A stretch of 64,000 nt of DNA from an uncultured virus (IMG/VR IMGVR_UViG_3300046536_000804) (Duplodnaviria; Heunggongvirae; Uroviricota; Caudoviricetes). The notes beneath the pieces were generated by a model. The model made no database searches. It worked only from the letters and a program-made list of their open reading frames with translations, and was not told where the DNA came from. The stretch lies in the IMG/VR virus record IMGVR_UViG_3300046536_000804; one strand, given 5' to 3'. Positions 9,555 through 19,755 of this stretch are shown one piece after another (position 1 is the stretch's first letter; each line of letters begins with the position of its first letter). A program made the translations under genes and the position numbers.

Positions 9555-11603
9555 GTGACGCGAAAGCCAACAACACGCCGCCTTCTTGGGCGACGATTTA
9601 CCGAAGAAGGCGTGGCAGACCTACTGCCATTGGGTAGAATGCTTCCGGTATCACTCTTTTCCGGAGGTTTTGTGCTCGTCAAGAAAATCCATCCGAAGTT
9701 GTTGCTCGCTCGACGCACGCTCGAATCGCTCAGCAACGTCGAAGTCTGCAGGTCGGTAACCGATCTGCAGCGTCTCGAAGCGATCCAAGCTCTTGTCGAG
9801 CACGGCAATTTGCAGACTTTCGTACCGCTCTTGCCTGCCTGCTTCAACCTGAACGGCTACCCATTTACTCTGGACGACCACTTTGCTCTCGAACCGGTCT
9901 TCAAGAGATCGATGCCGGAAGTCTTGACGATCAAGGGGGCTCGCCAGTTCGGCAAGTCGACGTTTCAAGCGGCGCGATCGCTGCTCGTCTCGCTAACGAT
10001 GCCTTACTTCTCCACCCTCTTCGTCTTTCCTCTCTTCGAACAAGTTAACCGGTTTTCAACACAGTATGTTGGCAAATTCCTTGAGGAATCGCCGATCAAA
10101 AGCGCCTGGATGGGACCGCGATCCAGCAATAGCGTTCTCACCAAGGCGTTCAGCAATTTCTCCAAGATGACCTTCAGCTTCGCCGGCCTCTCGGCCGAGC
10201 GTATCCGGTCGGTCAGTGCGAACAGCATCATCTTCGACGAGGCCCAGAATCTGGACCGTCGGCAGATGCCGGTCATCTCGGAGGTTATGTCGCATTCGCT
10301 GGTTTACGATCGACGCACCCAGCGTCGAGTCCACGCGAAGTTCACCGTCATCACGGGCACCCCGAAGACGCTCGACAACTTCCTCGAGGTGAAGTGGGCT
10401 GAGTCGAGTATGGCAGAGTGGGTGATCCCATGCGTATGCGGCAAGGAGAATTACCCGGCCAGGGGTATGGACCTGGAGAAGATGATCGGCCCTATGTATC
10501 TGGAGTCCGACAAACGCGAGATCGGCGAGGTGCGAGACAACAAGCGACCCGGCACCATCTGCGCCAAGTGCGGCCGCAGCATCGACCCTCGTATCGGCTT
10601 CTGGCATCACCGCCACCCCGATCGTATCGCTACGAAGCCAGGTCTGCACGTCCCGCAATGCATCATCCCGGTTCACTATGCCCAGCCCAAAGGCTGGGCC
10701 ACCCTGCTGGGCAAGCAGGCCGGCAGCGGCAACTACACGACCGCCAAGCTGTACAACGAGGTTCACGGCGAGTCGTTTGATCTAGGAGCTAAATTGCTTA
10801 CCGAAACCGATCTGAAAGCGGCAGCCGTATTGCCGTGGCATAACAACCCGATGAGTTTTGCGGACCTGGCTCGCAGCATCCGCAGCAAATACGTGTGTCT
10901 GTTCATGGGAGTCGACTGGGGCGGCGGCGGCGAGAGCGAGGTCAGCTTCACCACGGCAGCCGTTCTTGGCATGCTCCCAGACGGTCGCATCGACATCGTC
11001 TACGGTCGCCGACTGTTGCTGTCGCACGATAACCGAGGCGAGAACGAGATCTTGCTCAACATCTACGACACGTTCGGCTGCAGCTACTTCTGTCACGACT
11101 ACAACGGTGCCGGCGCCCTGATCGAGCAGTACCTGGTGCAGAGCGGTCTGCCGATCAACCAGGTGGTGCCGTTCGTTTACTACCGCTCCGCGGCGAAGGA
11201 TATCGTGGTATTCCACCAGGCGGCCGAAGAACATCACCGCAGTTATTATCACCTGGACAAGGCTCGTGCATTGGAACTGGTCTGCGAAATGATCAAGTTG
11301 AAGCAGATTCGGTCTTTCAAGTACGACCACATCTCCGAGGATGAACGAGGTCTGTTGATCGACTTCACCAGCTTGGCTCAAGCAAAAATCGAAACCGCCC
11401 GGGCAGGCGAGGTGCACACAGTGCAACGCGTTGGCTCCTTCCCGGACGATTTCGCACATTCGGTTACGTTTGCTGCTTGCGGTATCTGGCACGCCAACGG
11501 GATATGGCCGGACTTGCCTATGCTGGCGAAGCTTATGATAACGAAGGAGCAGGAGGAAGCCTTGAATCCGTCTAGCAGTCCGTGGGATGTCCAATCGACA
11601 TAG
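9555..11603 (+). CDS. terminase large subunit (GpA-like)
   Basis: KGARQFGKST Walker A, IIFDEAQ Walker B, GTPKT, Zn-finger insert, nuclease motifs MGVDWGGG and PDDFAHS; true start may be the ATG at 9639. Confidence 0.85.
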   Translation: MTRKPTTRRLLGRRFTEEGVADLLPLGRMLPVSLFSGGFVLVKKIHPKLLLARRTLESLSNVEVCRSVTDLQRLEAIQALVEHGNLQTFVPLLPACFNLNGYPFTLDDHFALEPVFKRSMPEVLTIKGARQFGKSTFQAARSLLVSLTMPYFSTLFVFPLFEQVNRFSTQYVGKFLEESPIKSAWMGPRSSNSVLTKAFSNFSKMTFSFAGLSAERIRSVSANSIIFDEAQNLDRRQMPVISEVMSHSLVYDRRTQRRVHAKFTVITGTPKTLDNFLEVKWAESSMAEWVIPCVCGKENYPARGMDLEKMIGPMYLESDKREIGEVRDNKRPGTICAKCGRSIDPRIGFWHHRHPDRIATKPGLHVPQCIIPVHYAQPKGWATLLGKQAGSGNYTTAKLYNEVHGESFDLGAKLLTETDLKAAAVLPWHNNPMSFADLARSIRSKYVCLFMGVDWGGGGESEVSFTTAAVLGMLPDGRIDIVYGRRLLLSHDNRGENEILLNIYDTFGCSYFCHDYNGAGALIEQYLVQSGLPINQVVPFVYYRSAAKDIVVFHQAAEEHHRSYYHLDKARALELVCEMIKLKQIRSFKYDHISEDERGLLIDFTSLAQAKIETARAGEVHTVQRVGSFPDDFAHSVTFAACGIWHANGIWPDLPMLAKLMITKEQEEALNPSSSPWDVQST

Positions 11604-11811
11604 GTGCGCTAGGATCGTAATTGGGGTCCAGGGCGGCAAAGGCTAGAGACAAATTTGCCTGGAACAGCTTGGTGGCAAGCGCCTTCATCTCTACAGATTC
11701 GTACGATGCGTTGGCGATAGCCTGCAGCTCGCTGACTGCTCCTTCCATGAATCTCAACCGTTTCAACTCCTTGCGCAGTTCCTCACTGTCGTGTTTCCTT
11801 GCTGTCGTCAT
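11572..11811 (-). CDS. hypothetical protein
   Basis: 79 aa ORF with GGAG RBS. Confidence 0.5.
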   Translation of the reverse strand: MTTARKHDSEELRKELKRLRFMEGAVSELQAIANASYESVEMKALATKLFQANLSLAFAALDPNYDPSAPMSIGHPTDC

Positions 11812-11825
11812 GATAGCTCTCCAGG

Positions 11826-14432
11826 TTAGTTGGCCAGCTTCAGCATGGCACGTTTGCGAACCGAGTATCTTTGCAGATGCCTTTCAAACCAGTAGTAGCT
11901 GAAGAGCCAGCCCGTCACACCGAACCGCTCTTCCATTCCTTTGATGTGTTTGCTCTTGCGCAGTTTCGCTTCGATCGTCTTCAGGTCGAACCGCGGGTAT
12001 CCCTTGTCGGCCAGCGTCAGGTTTAGATCGTCCATCGGCAGCCAGATCTTCTCGGCTTCCTTGTCCCAGACGATCGTAAACCCTCTCGTGCGGCCCGTGT
12101 TCTGGATCTTCAGTGGAGCAGGTTGCTTCGAGTCAACGACGGTGATACGGCCGTCCTCGTAAAGGTCAGCCAGCGTCCAGCCGACACAGAATGATGCGTA
12201 CTTCGAGTGATGGATCGACCGCCGCATCTCTGCCAGCGGCCTTATGGGGTCGGCGCCGCGGTCGGCCAGATACCCGGTTATCGCTGACGAGCAGCGAGCC
12301 AGCAGGTCTTCCGTCCACAGTCCACCTCGCAGATTGTCTTGTAGTAGGTAATGCAGAAAGTCAGGGATCACGCGTTTAGCGATCCGAGCAACATCCTCGT
12401 CGAGCAGACCTCGGGCAGCAGCCCGGAGAAACGCTGCGTCGCCGTTCGCACAGGCGATCTTGCAGACCGTCTCAGGGGCACGTACGATGACCGCCTGATC
12501 GGCGTGTAGCCACCTCTGCCATTCCGGACGCCAAGCGGTCTTGCCCACCACGGCGATGGGCCAGAGATCGTCACAGCCGTCGGCTTTCGCATCAACGATT
12601 CGGCAGCCGGCACAGGTGGCCGCGTCGATCAGATAGTCAGAGTCGCAGGCAATTGCCAGACGCAGGGGAGGCTGTTGGTGAACTTTGGCCAGGGCTCCGG
12701 TCGCCACGAACGCCAGGATCGGCCAGAGGGGGTGCCCAGACGGTAAACGCGACAGCATCGCGAGTTCGTCTGCAGCCAGTCGCACCGGCTTGCTGAACCC
12801 AATGGGCGCTTCACTGCTCAGAAAACCTTCAGGCAGGTCACGGATTGCACCTCCCATAGCAATAGAAAAATTCGGCAGGAGGAATTGCTGCTGCTTGTCG
12901 TCCCAGCCGCAACCGTCGACGGACTCGACGGTTGCGGGCGACTGGAACAACAACGACAGCTCAAAAGCCCGGGTTTGCCACGATTCCTTGAATCGGGCCA
13001 GCCCTTTACCAGCGTCCAGCAATTTTTGCCTGGCAAACTGGAAGGCTCGCCGCTCGATGTAACGGCCGGGTGATACGAAGGGGATATCCTCACCGTGATA
13101 GATGAGGCGGCCCTGGTAGAAGACCGATTGCGGCTTGTTGCGCTGCGACAGGACCCGATCGACTCGGATCACGACGTCGCTGAGCAGTTCTCCGGTCTTG
13201 TCCAGTTTCCACCCCTCCCTGGTTTCACGGATCGTCACACCGTTCATGCAGGTGGTTCGTTCTTCGCCAAAGTACCCGCTCCGACGCACCTTCTCGATCA
13301 GCGCTGGGTTGGAGTCCGAGATGATCGAGTCCACCACGGTGGGGTCGATGTTGCTGGCTTTCAGCAAGATCGCCGCATCTTGTGTCGGTAGCTGATTCAA
13401 CTCAGACTTCAACGCGTCACGCCAGAGAACCGATTTTCCATCGAGGATGTCGAGCCAGTTGCGGGGATTGCCAGCCAGATGGATGCTGTGCCGCAAGGTG
13501 ATCTCGTACACAGGTACCGCCAGGTGTGCGTTCAGCCTCGACGCCAGCGAGAAAGCTGCAGACGACTTGTCATCCCACCAGACGATCGACTTCCGGGATA
13601 GTCCGGCGTCTCGAACGTAGGCCGGCATCTCGTTGCTCGACATGCAGGCCACCAGCTCCAGGCGTTGAGAGGAGATCAGGAAGCCGCGGAGCTGTAGATA
13701 GGCGACCAGGAGTGGGTCATACGCGATGATCAGCCGCTTGTCCGCAGGCAGCATGCTGAGCACCTCGATGTTGAACGCAGCAGGACCATCAGCACCAAGG
13801 CAGTTACGTCGGACCACCATCTTGCTGCCGTCGACAACCAGCACCAGCAGAAAGGCTGCGATTCGGCCCGGGAGGTCACGCATCGGCAAGACGCACAAAT
13901 CGTCTTTGGAGACGCCCTTCGGCAGAACCGTCTGGAATTCCAGTTCAGTCAGCCGCTCCGCCGTCGTCCACCGGGCCAGGTGGTGCCCGGTCTCCGGCCA
14001 GAGCGTCTTCGAGCCGTCGTGGGAGCCAACCAGGCTTTGCACCCGGCCATCCGCCTCCAGGATGCTCTGCATGCCAGCCCAGGCCGCCTCAGCACGTGCA
14101 CGCATCCTCGGGAAGCCGTCCAGGTACTTCTGGATGTCCTCAACTTCCAGGGTGCCCGATAGCAGCCTCTGATCGGCCATCCATTGCACCGCCGCCGGGA
14201 CGCTGATCTTCCGCATTGCGGCGGCTAGCTGGAAACTATCTCCAGCGAAGCCGCAGCCGTTGCAGAAGTGCCAGTAGCCACCGGTGTAGGTATCATGGTA
14301 AGTTAATAGGGAGACTTGCCGGCAAGTCGTGCAGAGGGCTGCGCACGGCAACGCGGCGCCGGTTGGCGCCAGCGACAGTGTTTTCAGAAGTCCTTGCCAG
14401 TTAACCCTTTTCTCGAGGTCGACCATGAGCAT
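11826..14432 (-). CDS. large primase/helicase-derived protein (N-terminal CHC2-like Zn finger)
   Basis: CTTC...HFCNGCGFAGDSFQLAA; central GWD...FLLPN segment; no clear Walker A. Confidence 0.55.
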   Translation of the reverse strand: MLMVDLEKRVNWQGLLKTLSLAPTGAALPCAALCTTCRQVSLLTYHDTYTGGYWHFCNGCGFAGDSFQLAAAMRKISVPAAVQWMADQRLLSGTLEVEDIQKYLDGFPRMRARAEAAWAGMQSILEADGRVQSLVGSHDGSKTLWPETGHHLARWTTAERLTELEFQTVLPKGVSKDDLCVLPMRDLPGRIAAFLLVLVVDGSKMVVRRNCLGADGPAAFNIEVLSMLPADKRLIIAYDPLLVAYLQLRGFLISSQRLELVACMSSNEMPAYVRDAGLSRKSIVWWDDKSSAAFSLASRLNAHLAVPVYEITLRHSIHLAGNPRNWLDILDGKSVLWRDALKSELNQLPTQDAAILLKASNIDPTVVDSIISDSNPALIEKVRRSGYFGEERTTCMNGVTIRETREGWKLDKTGELLSDVVIRVDRVLSQRNKPQSVFYQGRLIYHGEDIPFVSPGRYIERRAFQFARQKLLDAGKGLARFKESWQTRAFELSLLFQSPATVESVDGCGWDDKQQQFLLPNFSIAMGGAIRDLPEGFLSSEAPIGFSKPVRLAADELAMLSRLPSGHPLWPILAFVATGALAKVHQQPPLRLAIACDSDYLIDAATCAGCRIVDAKADGCDDLWPIAVVGKTAWRPEWQRWLHADQAVIVRAPETVCKIACANGDAAFLRAAARGLLDEDVARIAKRVIPDFLHYLLQDNLRGGLWTEDLLARCSSAITGYLADRGADPIRPLAEMRRSIHHSKYASFCVGWTLADLYEDGRITVVDSKQPAPLKIQNTGRTRGFTIVWDKEAEKIWLPMDDLNLTLADKGYPRFDLKTIEAKLRKSKHIKGMEERFGVTGWLFSYYWFERHLQRYSVRKRAMLKLAN

Positions 14433-15633
14433 GATCCTTGATTCCACCGCCGATGGCAACAACGCCGGATTTCATCGGTTGGTGAAACTGTACGATGCAC
14501 CTGAGTTCGTCAAAGCAGCGATCGCAGAGGACTTGCGGCCAACCAAGGTGTTGCACCCGTCCCACTACGGCGATCCGCGGAACCTAATCTACCCGCTGCA
14601 CACCAAGGAAGCCACCTGGACCAACTACGCGATGTTCCTCGACAACTGCAGCAAGGGCGCCCATCACCCAGCGGACGTTGGCGCCATCGAGGAGCGGATC
14701 CTCCACGCCGGCAACGTGCACGGCATCACCACTTCGCTGCGGCAGCTCAAAGAAGCCGTCGCTAACAACCGGCCGAAGACCATCGACGAACTTCCGGACG
14801 ACTACTTCGCGATCGTCCTCAAACCGTCGAACGCCAAGTTCGGATCGGTTGTCGAGCGGCATCTACCGATGCGGAATCCGGTAGAGGTCGTCAAGGCGGC
14901 CGAGTACATCGAGCAGCACCGGGATCAGCTACCCTACGCGATGCGTCACGACGCTGCGTATCGAATCCTGGCCCGCGGCCAGGAGCTCGGCGCTGCTATC
15001 CCTAGCGAACTGCGTCAGACGATCGAAAAGCAAGCTGGCTTCGGTGTGTGCACCGCCCAGGATGTCATCGCGTTACTCGAGACCCGGGTGCAAGTCAGCC
15101 GGAACGGTCCGGGTCCTCTCTCCCCGCACCAGATCGAACTTCAGAAGCTGGCGGAGGTTCTGAAACGATCTCCGGCGGCGACCCGCAGCAGTGAGACGAG
15201 GATCAAGATCGCCGAAGCGGTCGATGCCTTCGACCGACTCAATGGTCTGACCCGGTCAGTGCAAGAAGGCTCGCTGTCTCGCGTGGAGGACGTCCTGTTC
15301 GGCTTTACCCGCGAGAAGCTGGCGTCTGCGGCCGCTGAACACACCAGCACGATCACTGGTTCGATCTACCGACTCGACTCGATCGAGCAACTCAAGATGG
15401 CCAGCGTGCGTCAGGCTCTCGGTGACGACATCGCTAGGTCTCTGTCCTCGGACGGGTTCCACCTGAGCGGCGAGAAAGCCGCTGCAGTGGTTCCGACGCT
15501 CGACCGATACTCGGCCGGACTGTTCGAACGGCTGATGGAGAGCCACGGCTTCGCCCCGGTCGGCAAGCAGGCCTCGTGCGACGGGTTCAAGATCTCCAAC
15601 GAGATGCTGCACGCGATGGCGAACTCTCAATAA
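14425..15633 (+). CDS. hypothetical phage protein (about 400 aa)
   Basis: long ORF with coding-like composition and two related YPLHT/HLPMRN segments. Confidence 0.7.
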   Translation: MSMILDSTADGNNAGFHRLVKLYDAPEFVKAAIAEDLRPTKVLHPSHYGDPRNLIYPLHTKEATWTNYAMFLDNCSKGAHHPADVGAIEERILHAGNVHGITTSLRQLKEAVANNRPKTIDELPDDYFAIVLKPSNAKFGSVVERHLPMRNPVEVVKAAEYIEQHRDQLPYAMRHDAAYRILARGQELGAAIPSELRQTIEKQAGFGVCTAQDVIALLETRVQVSRNGPGPLSPHQIELQKLAEVLKRSPAATRSSETRIKIAEAVDAFDRLNGLTRSVQEGSLSRVEDVLFGFTREKLASAAAEHTSTITGSIYRLDSIEQLKMASVRQALGDDIARSLSSDGFHLSGEKAAAVVPTLDRYSAGLFERLMESHGFAPVGKQASCDGFKISNEMLHAMANSQ

Positions 15634-15815
15634 TGAACCGGAACACTACGGATTGCCGAGACAACCTCCTGGTCCGTGACCTCTTCGGCGCTGCCGAGAA
15701 ATGACGTATCGTTTGGTTTCATCAGGATCGCGAGGTTGTCCTCGGCGTTGCCTCGCAAGGCTTCAACCAGGTTTTTGCGTTCTTCAACGCTCATCGGTTT
15801 GAACTGTACGGCCAA
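15627..15815 (-). CDS. hypothetical protein
   Basis: 62 aa ORF with GGAGG RBS. Confidence 0.4.
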   Translation of the reverse strand: MAVQFKPMSVEERKNLVEALRGNAEDNLAILMKPNDTSFLGSAEEVTDQEVVSAIRSVPVHY

Positions 15816-15837
15816 GGGACACCTCCACGGTTTGGGG

Positions 15838-16125
15838 TTACAGGATCTTCCTCAGATACTTTACCAACTGTTCGCGGGTCTTGACATCGGGAATTTGCTT
15901 CAGGCAGTGACTGCAATGATAGTCGCGAAGTCGGTGAGCGGGAAAGTCACCGACATGCACTTCAAGAATCTCACCCATCTTCAAATCCCTGTTGCCGTCA
16001 AGACCGATGATCCTAACTTCAACGTCACAATCGCTTGACGTCTCCACCAGGACAGGGTTCTGGCAGTGCGGACACTGCCAGGATTTGGCAACACCTTCTT
16101 CTTCAGTGCGATCGCCCTTTTTCAA
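15838..16125 (-). CDS. Zn-ribbon protein
   Basis: CPHC...CSHC. Confidence 0.55.
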   Translation of the reverse strand: MKKGDRTEEEGVAKSWQCPHCQNPVLVETSSDCDVEVRIIGLDGNRDLKMGEILEVHVGDFPAHRLRDYHCSHCLKQIPDVKTREQLVKYLRKIL

Positions 16126-16429
16126 GTGGCGCTCCTTCCAGAAACTGTTGAAGCCAATCTACTTCGGCGGCCAGAGCCTCATCGCGTCGGCGTGCCGTCG
16201 CGATGATCTGTTCTGGTCCACCTAGTAGCGGCGAAACATCGACCGACCAACCAGACGCTGAGGGCTCGCAATGGCTTGCCCTCGACGTCTTCAGGTTGGG
16301 AAAGGCGGGCTGTAGCACCTCGTGGAGGCTGTCGTCGAAAACGAAGACGATGTCGCCGTTCGCCTCTACGATGATGCTGTGTTCTTCATCACAGTCGTTC
16401 GGTTTGTCGAAGGGTGGTTGATTCTTCAA
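16103..16429 (-). CDS. conserved hypothetical protein of the DUF1257/DUF2997 neighbourhood
   Basis: RASHCEP...WSVDVSP...RDEALAAEVDWL. Confidence 0.6.
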   Translation of the reverse strand: MKNQPPFDKPNDCDEEHSIIVEANGDIVFVFDDSLHEVLQPAFPNLKTSRASHCEPSASGWSVDVSPLLGGPEQIIATARRRDEALAAEVDWLQQFLEGAPLEKGRSH

Positions 16430-16586
16430 CTCGAAACTCCTGTTTCTTGACGTCGCCGACGGTCTCGAAGAGATCCGTATACGGCTGACTCAGCTCGGAA
16501 CACGATGGTCCGATTACATTGAACACCTCGACCGACACCTGCCCTCGAGGATCGAGGGTGATGTGGATTTCTTTCTCCGGATTCAC
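16389..16586 (-). CDS. DUF2997-like protein
   Basis: IHITLDPRGQVSVEV...GPSCSELS. Confidence 0.7.
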   Translation of the reverse strand: MNPEKEIHITLDPRGQVSVEVFNVIGPSCSELSQPYTDLFETVGDVKKQEFRVEESTTLRQTERL

Positions 16587-16622
16587 GCGATCTCCTTTGT
16601 CAGACGAGCCGACTTGCTGGTA

Positions 16623-16645
16623 TCCTTGACCCGACCCAGAGGGTT
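16623..16645 (-). repeat. 23-nt motif copy
   Basis: AACCCTCTGGGTCGGGTCAAGGA, overlapping the TAA of the upstream gene. Confidence 0.75.
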
Positions 16646-17174
16646 AAAGTTCGTCGGTTGGGTGAACGCCGACCACGACCTTGGTTCGACCGCCTCCAAG
16701 GTCGTCGATCCGTTTGACGTAGTGGCCAGGCTGCTTGGCGACCTGCGCAACGACCTTGCTTTGCGAGATCATCTGCATCAGCTTGCCGTAGTCTTTACCG
16801 CCAACCTTGGCGAGAATCTGTTCGACGCCGATACCGTACTCCCACTGGTCGAACACCAGCCCGAAGGTTCCGTCCTTCATCTTCACCAGTCCGATCTCAT
16901 ACGGCCTGGAATCCGGTTTCGCTGAGAAGGTTTCCTCCTCATGAGGCGTGTACGGCAGGCGAATCACGTGATCGCATTTGCCGTAATCCTCAGTCCTTAT
17001 CTCACGATAAGCGGCATTGCCGCCGTTGTAGTCGCCTGCCCATTCACCGTACCACTGGTGCGTGGTGACCCCACGGCAGAACACCAGGCCGAGTGCTTTG
17101 CAGGCATCCTCGACCGCCTGCAGATCGCCAGGAGTATCGTTGATCCTGGCCTTGCTGAGAGTGACGTGACTCAT
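16644..17174 (-). CDS. DUF1257-like protein
   Basis: MSHVT...IND...ACKALGL...YEIGL...LVFDQW. Confidence 0.7.
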   Translation of the reverse strand: MSHVTLSKARINDTPGDLQAVEDACKALGLVFCRGVTTHQWYGEWAGDYNGGNAAYREIRTEDYGKCDHVIRLPYTPHEEETFSAKPDSRPYEIGLVKMKDGTFGLVFDQWEYGIGVEQILAKVGGKDYGKLMQMISQSKVVAQVAKQPGHYVKRIDDLGGGRTKVVVGVHPTDEL

Positions 17175-17213
17175 TGGACTGACCCTCGAGTATTAACAGT
17201 TAAAACGGCAAAT

Positions 17214-17957
17214 TCATTCCATCTTCGCGATGGCTGCACTAAGTGCGGACTCGATGTTCGGCATTTCACTGATCTTGTAGCGTAGGTTGACGAGGTCTTC
17301 GTCAGACACCGGCACTCTTGCATAAATGTCCGGGACGTGAGTGATCAAATGCAGCTTACGAGCTGCCTCGCGTATCATCTCCATACCAATGGCACGATCG
17401 GTCTGCGAGACAGCCGGTGTCGCATCCTCGGCAGGTTCCTCTGCATCGGTAGCCGTACACAGCAGCTCGGCGTGCAACTGTCGAAGGCTGATGATACGAC
17501 CTTCCATGCGACTGACACCTGCCAACGAGGTGGTTGTTTGATCGAAATTGACAGGCTGATCCAGAGAACCTGCCAATTCTTCGAGATCTGACGTCAGCAG
17601 CTCGATGAGCGTGTTCAGCCGATAGAGCTTGCTCTTCTGGACCGGCGGTTCGTCCGTCTCTTTGTCGTCGGGATGGAACTGCGGTTGATCGGCGTAAGCC
17701 GTGGCGAGCCGATTCTCGAGTCCGTCCAGAACCTTCTGCACTCGAGCCATCCTGAACGTTGAGACTGAATTAAACCACTCGGTCACAGCAGCCGCACCCT
17801 TCTTGTCGATCGTAGCAATAACGACCATACGACGGTCGAACTGCTCGGCGATCAGAGAAGCGATAGCGTCGGGAATCGGCGCCAGGATCTCGGTGTCGTT
17901 GTCATCGTCGAGTTCAGAGGTGACTATTTCGTCAGCGAGAACGTGAGGCGTGGTCAT
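17214..17957 (-). CDS. hypothetical protein
   Basis: 247 aa ORF, ATGA-coupled. Confidence 0.6.
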   Translation of the reverse strand: MTTPHVLADEIVTSELDDDNDTEILAPIPDAIASLIAEQFDRRMVVIATIDKKGAAAVTEWFNSVSTFRMARVQKVLDGLENRLATAYADQPQFHPDDKETDEPPVQKSKLYRLNTLIELLTSDLEELAGSLDQPVNFDQTTTSLAGVSRMEGRIISLRQLHAELLCTATDAEEPAEDATPAVSQTDRAIGMEMIREAARKLHLITHVPDIYARVPVSDEDLVNLRYKISEMPNIESALSAAIAKME

Positions 17958-18601
17958 GGTTGTTCCTTGGCTTCAGTTGATGCAGGCTCTGCCTGCTCGG
18001 GTTTTACTTCATTCTCCTCTGTCGGCAGCACGCTGCCGGTGTGGCCGGTGATGTGCCACTCTTGGGATTCCCACACTGGAAAGATTGGGTGACTGAAGAC
18101 CTCCTGAAGCATCCGATGGGCAGCCTGGATGGTCTTGGCCTGAATGACGATGTCATAGGGCAGACTGCTGTGGTAGAAGGTCTCGTGGCTGGCAAACCAG
18201 AAGATCGGCTTCTCTGGCATCGGCTCGATAACCGGGTATCCCCAGTTCGCATCGTTCATAAAGGCCTTCACCACCTTGCCGTTCAACGTCGGCGCCGACA
18301 CGACGGTTCTCATCCCGACTGTGTCTTCCGCCATGCACGAACGGATGATGACGGTTCCAGCCCAGACAGGACGACAATTCGGCTGGAACGCAAGCTCGAC
18401 GGGAAGCACCAACCAACAACCCGCCGGCCGCCTGACGAAGATCATTGGTGCGCCATCGCGCAGCGTCTGTGCAACAATGCATTTTAAGCCGGCAGCGATG
18501 GGATAGGTATCTCGGAACGTAGTGATATACGGAACGTCTCCAATCTTCCGCAAGATGCCCAACTCGAAACCCAACACTTCCGAGTCGTACGGACTACTCA
18601 T
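17954..18601 (-). CDS. hypothetical protein
   Basis: 215 aa ORF, ATGA-coupled. Confidence 0.6.
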   Translation of the reverse strand: MSSPYDSEVLGFELGILRKIGDVPYITTFRDTYPIAAGLKCIVAQTLRDGAPMIFVRRPAGCWLVLPVELAFQPNCRPVWAGTVIIRSCMAEDTVGMRTVVSAPTLNGKVVKAFMNDANWGYPVIEPMPEKPIFWFASHETFYHSSLPYDIVIQAKTIQAAHRMLQEVFSHPIFPVWESQEWHITGHTGSVLPTEENEVKPEQAEPASTEAKEQP

Positions 18602-18792
18602 TTCAGTCCTTTCTGTTCAGCGATCCAGTCGGTGATCTCCATCTCGAGATCGAACATGTCTTCGCTGTAGTTTTCGGGCTCCTTGATCTGCGACTTCGGC
18701 ATCCATTCCGTACCTTCCTCCAGGTGGAGCTTGAAGGCTTTATCGGTTTCCTTCTCGATCAGCAACACGTGAATTTCAAACCACGAGTCCAT
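18598..18792 (-). CDS. small phage protein
   Basis: ETDKA...WMPKSQI...ITDWIA motif. Confidence 0.65.
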   Translation of the reverse strand: MDSWFEIHVLLIEKETDKAFKLHLEEGTEWMPKSQIKEPENYSEDMFDLEMEITDWIAEQKGLK

Positions 18793-18816
18793 GACGATCT
18801 CCCACTCGAGACGAGA

Positions 18817-19755
18817 TCAGTCGACGCTGATCTTTCGTCGGTACCTGCCACCAGCATCTTTCTTGGCCTCTTTGGTAAGGGCCGTGATTGCCTGGCTGAT
18901 CGAACTCACCACCCCGGCGCCGCCTTGACGCACATCGGTGTTGAAGTTGCTGATGAGCTCCTCAGAATCCATCTCCTGCTCGACCTTTTTCAACGCGTTA
19001 AGCGTTGCTTCGTCGGCCAGGAAGGAGAAGTCACGCAGCATCTGAAACTGCTGCCGGATCAGGGTGAAACTGCCTTCGCGGAACATTTGCCCCTTGGCGA
19101 TCTTCTCTGCGATTTTACCGGCTTCTTCCTCCAGGGTCTCCGACACACCGCGTACGATGCTCTCCGCCACCTCCTCGGCCAGGGCACGACCGGCTTCATT
19201 GAGGAAGGTGAACGGCAAGATGACGAACCTAAGGCAAATCGCTGCCCTGAGTTGCGTCGGGCTGGGAATACGGGCCAGCATGAGGTCCCAGGTCGATTTG
19301 CTGGCGATCTGCTGCCGCCGGCTCTCAAGGATTTCAGGAAAGGCGTCACAAAAGGATTCCCTCAATGGGATCAGCTCCTCGTTCATGATGCGATTCACCT
19401 CTGCGGCGATCGTCTCCTTGCGGTGCCCGGCGATCAGGTAACAGCCGTTCGGTAAGGACAGCTCTTTCACCTCCGACTTCGGCGGTGAGGCCGCCTGCAC
19501 GAGTTTCTCCGCCTTGGTGTGGAGCTGGGTGAATTTCTTGCCCCAGTCCGGCGGTATCAGCCTGAGCGTTGGCGCCGACAGCAGTTCCTCTTCGATAAGC
19601 TTGCCGTCGATGGTGGTGGTTGAGTTGGGTACTCTGCGGTTGCCAGGAAGTCCTTGCATCCTGAGCATGACGACCGCGACGCTCGCCTCCAGCACCTGGG
19701 CGAGCCTGTCTTTGCTTGCAGACGCCTGGGCGGCGTCTTGAGTTGTCTCAGCCAT
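18817..19755 (-). CDS. DUF3150-like protein
   Basis: LSAPTLRLIPP...GCYLI...F...P..LRA..CLRF pattern; AGGAG RBS before the ATG at 19755. Confidence 0.55.
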   Translation of the reverse strand: MAETTQDAAQASASKDRLAQVLEASVAVVMLRMQGLPGNRRVPNSTTTIDGKLIEEELLSAPTLRLIPPDWGKKFTQLHTKAEKLVQAASPPKSEVKELSLPNGCYLIAGHRKETIAAEVNRIMNEELIPLRESFCDAFPEILESRRQQIASKSTWDLMLARIPSPTQLRAAICLRFVILPFTFLNEAGRALAEEVAESIVRGVSETLEEEAGKIAEKIAKGQMFREGSFTLIRQQFQMLRDFSFLADEATLNALKKVEQEMDSEELISNFNTDVRQGGAGVVSSISQAITALTKEAKKDAGGRYRRKISVD

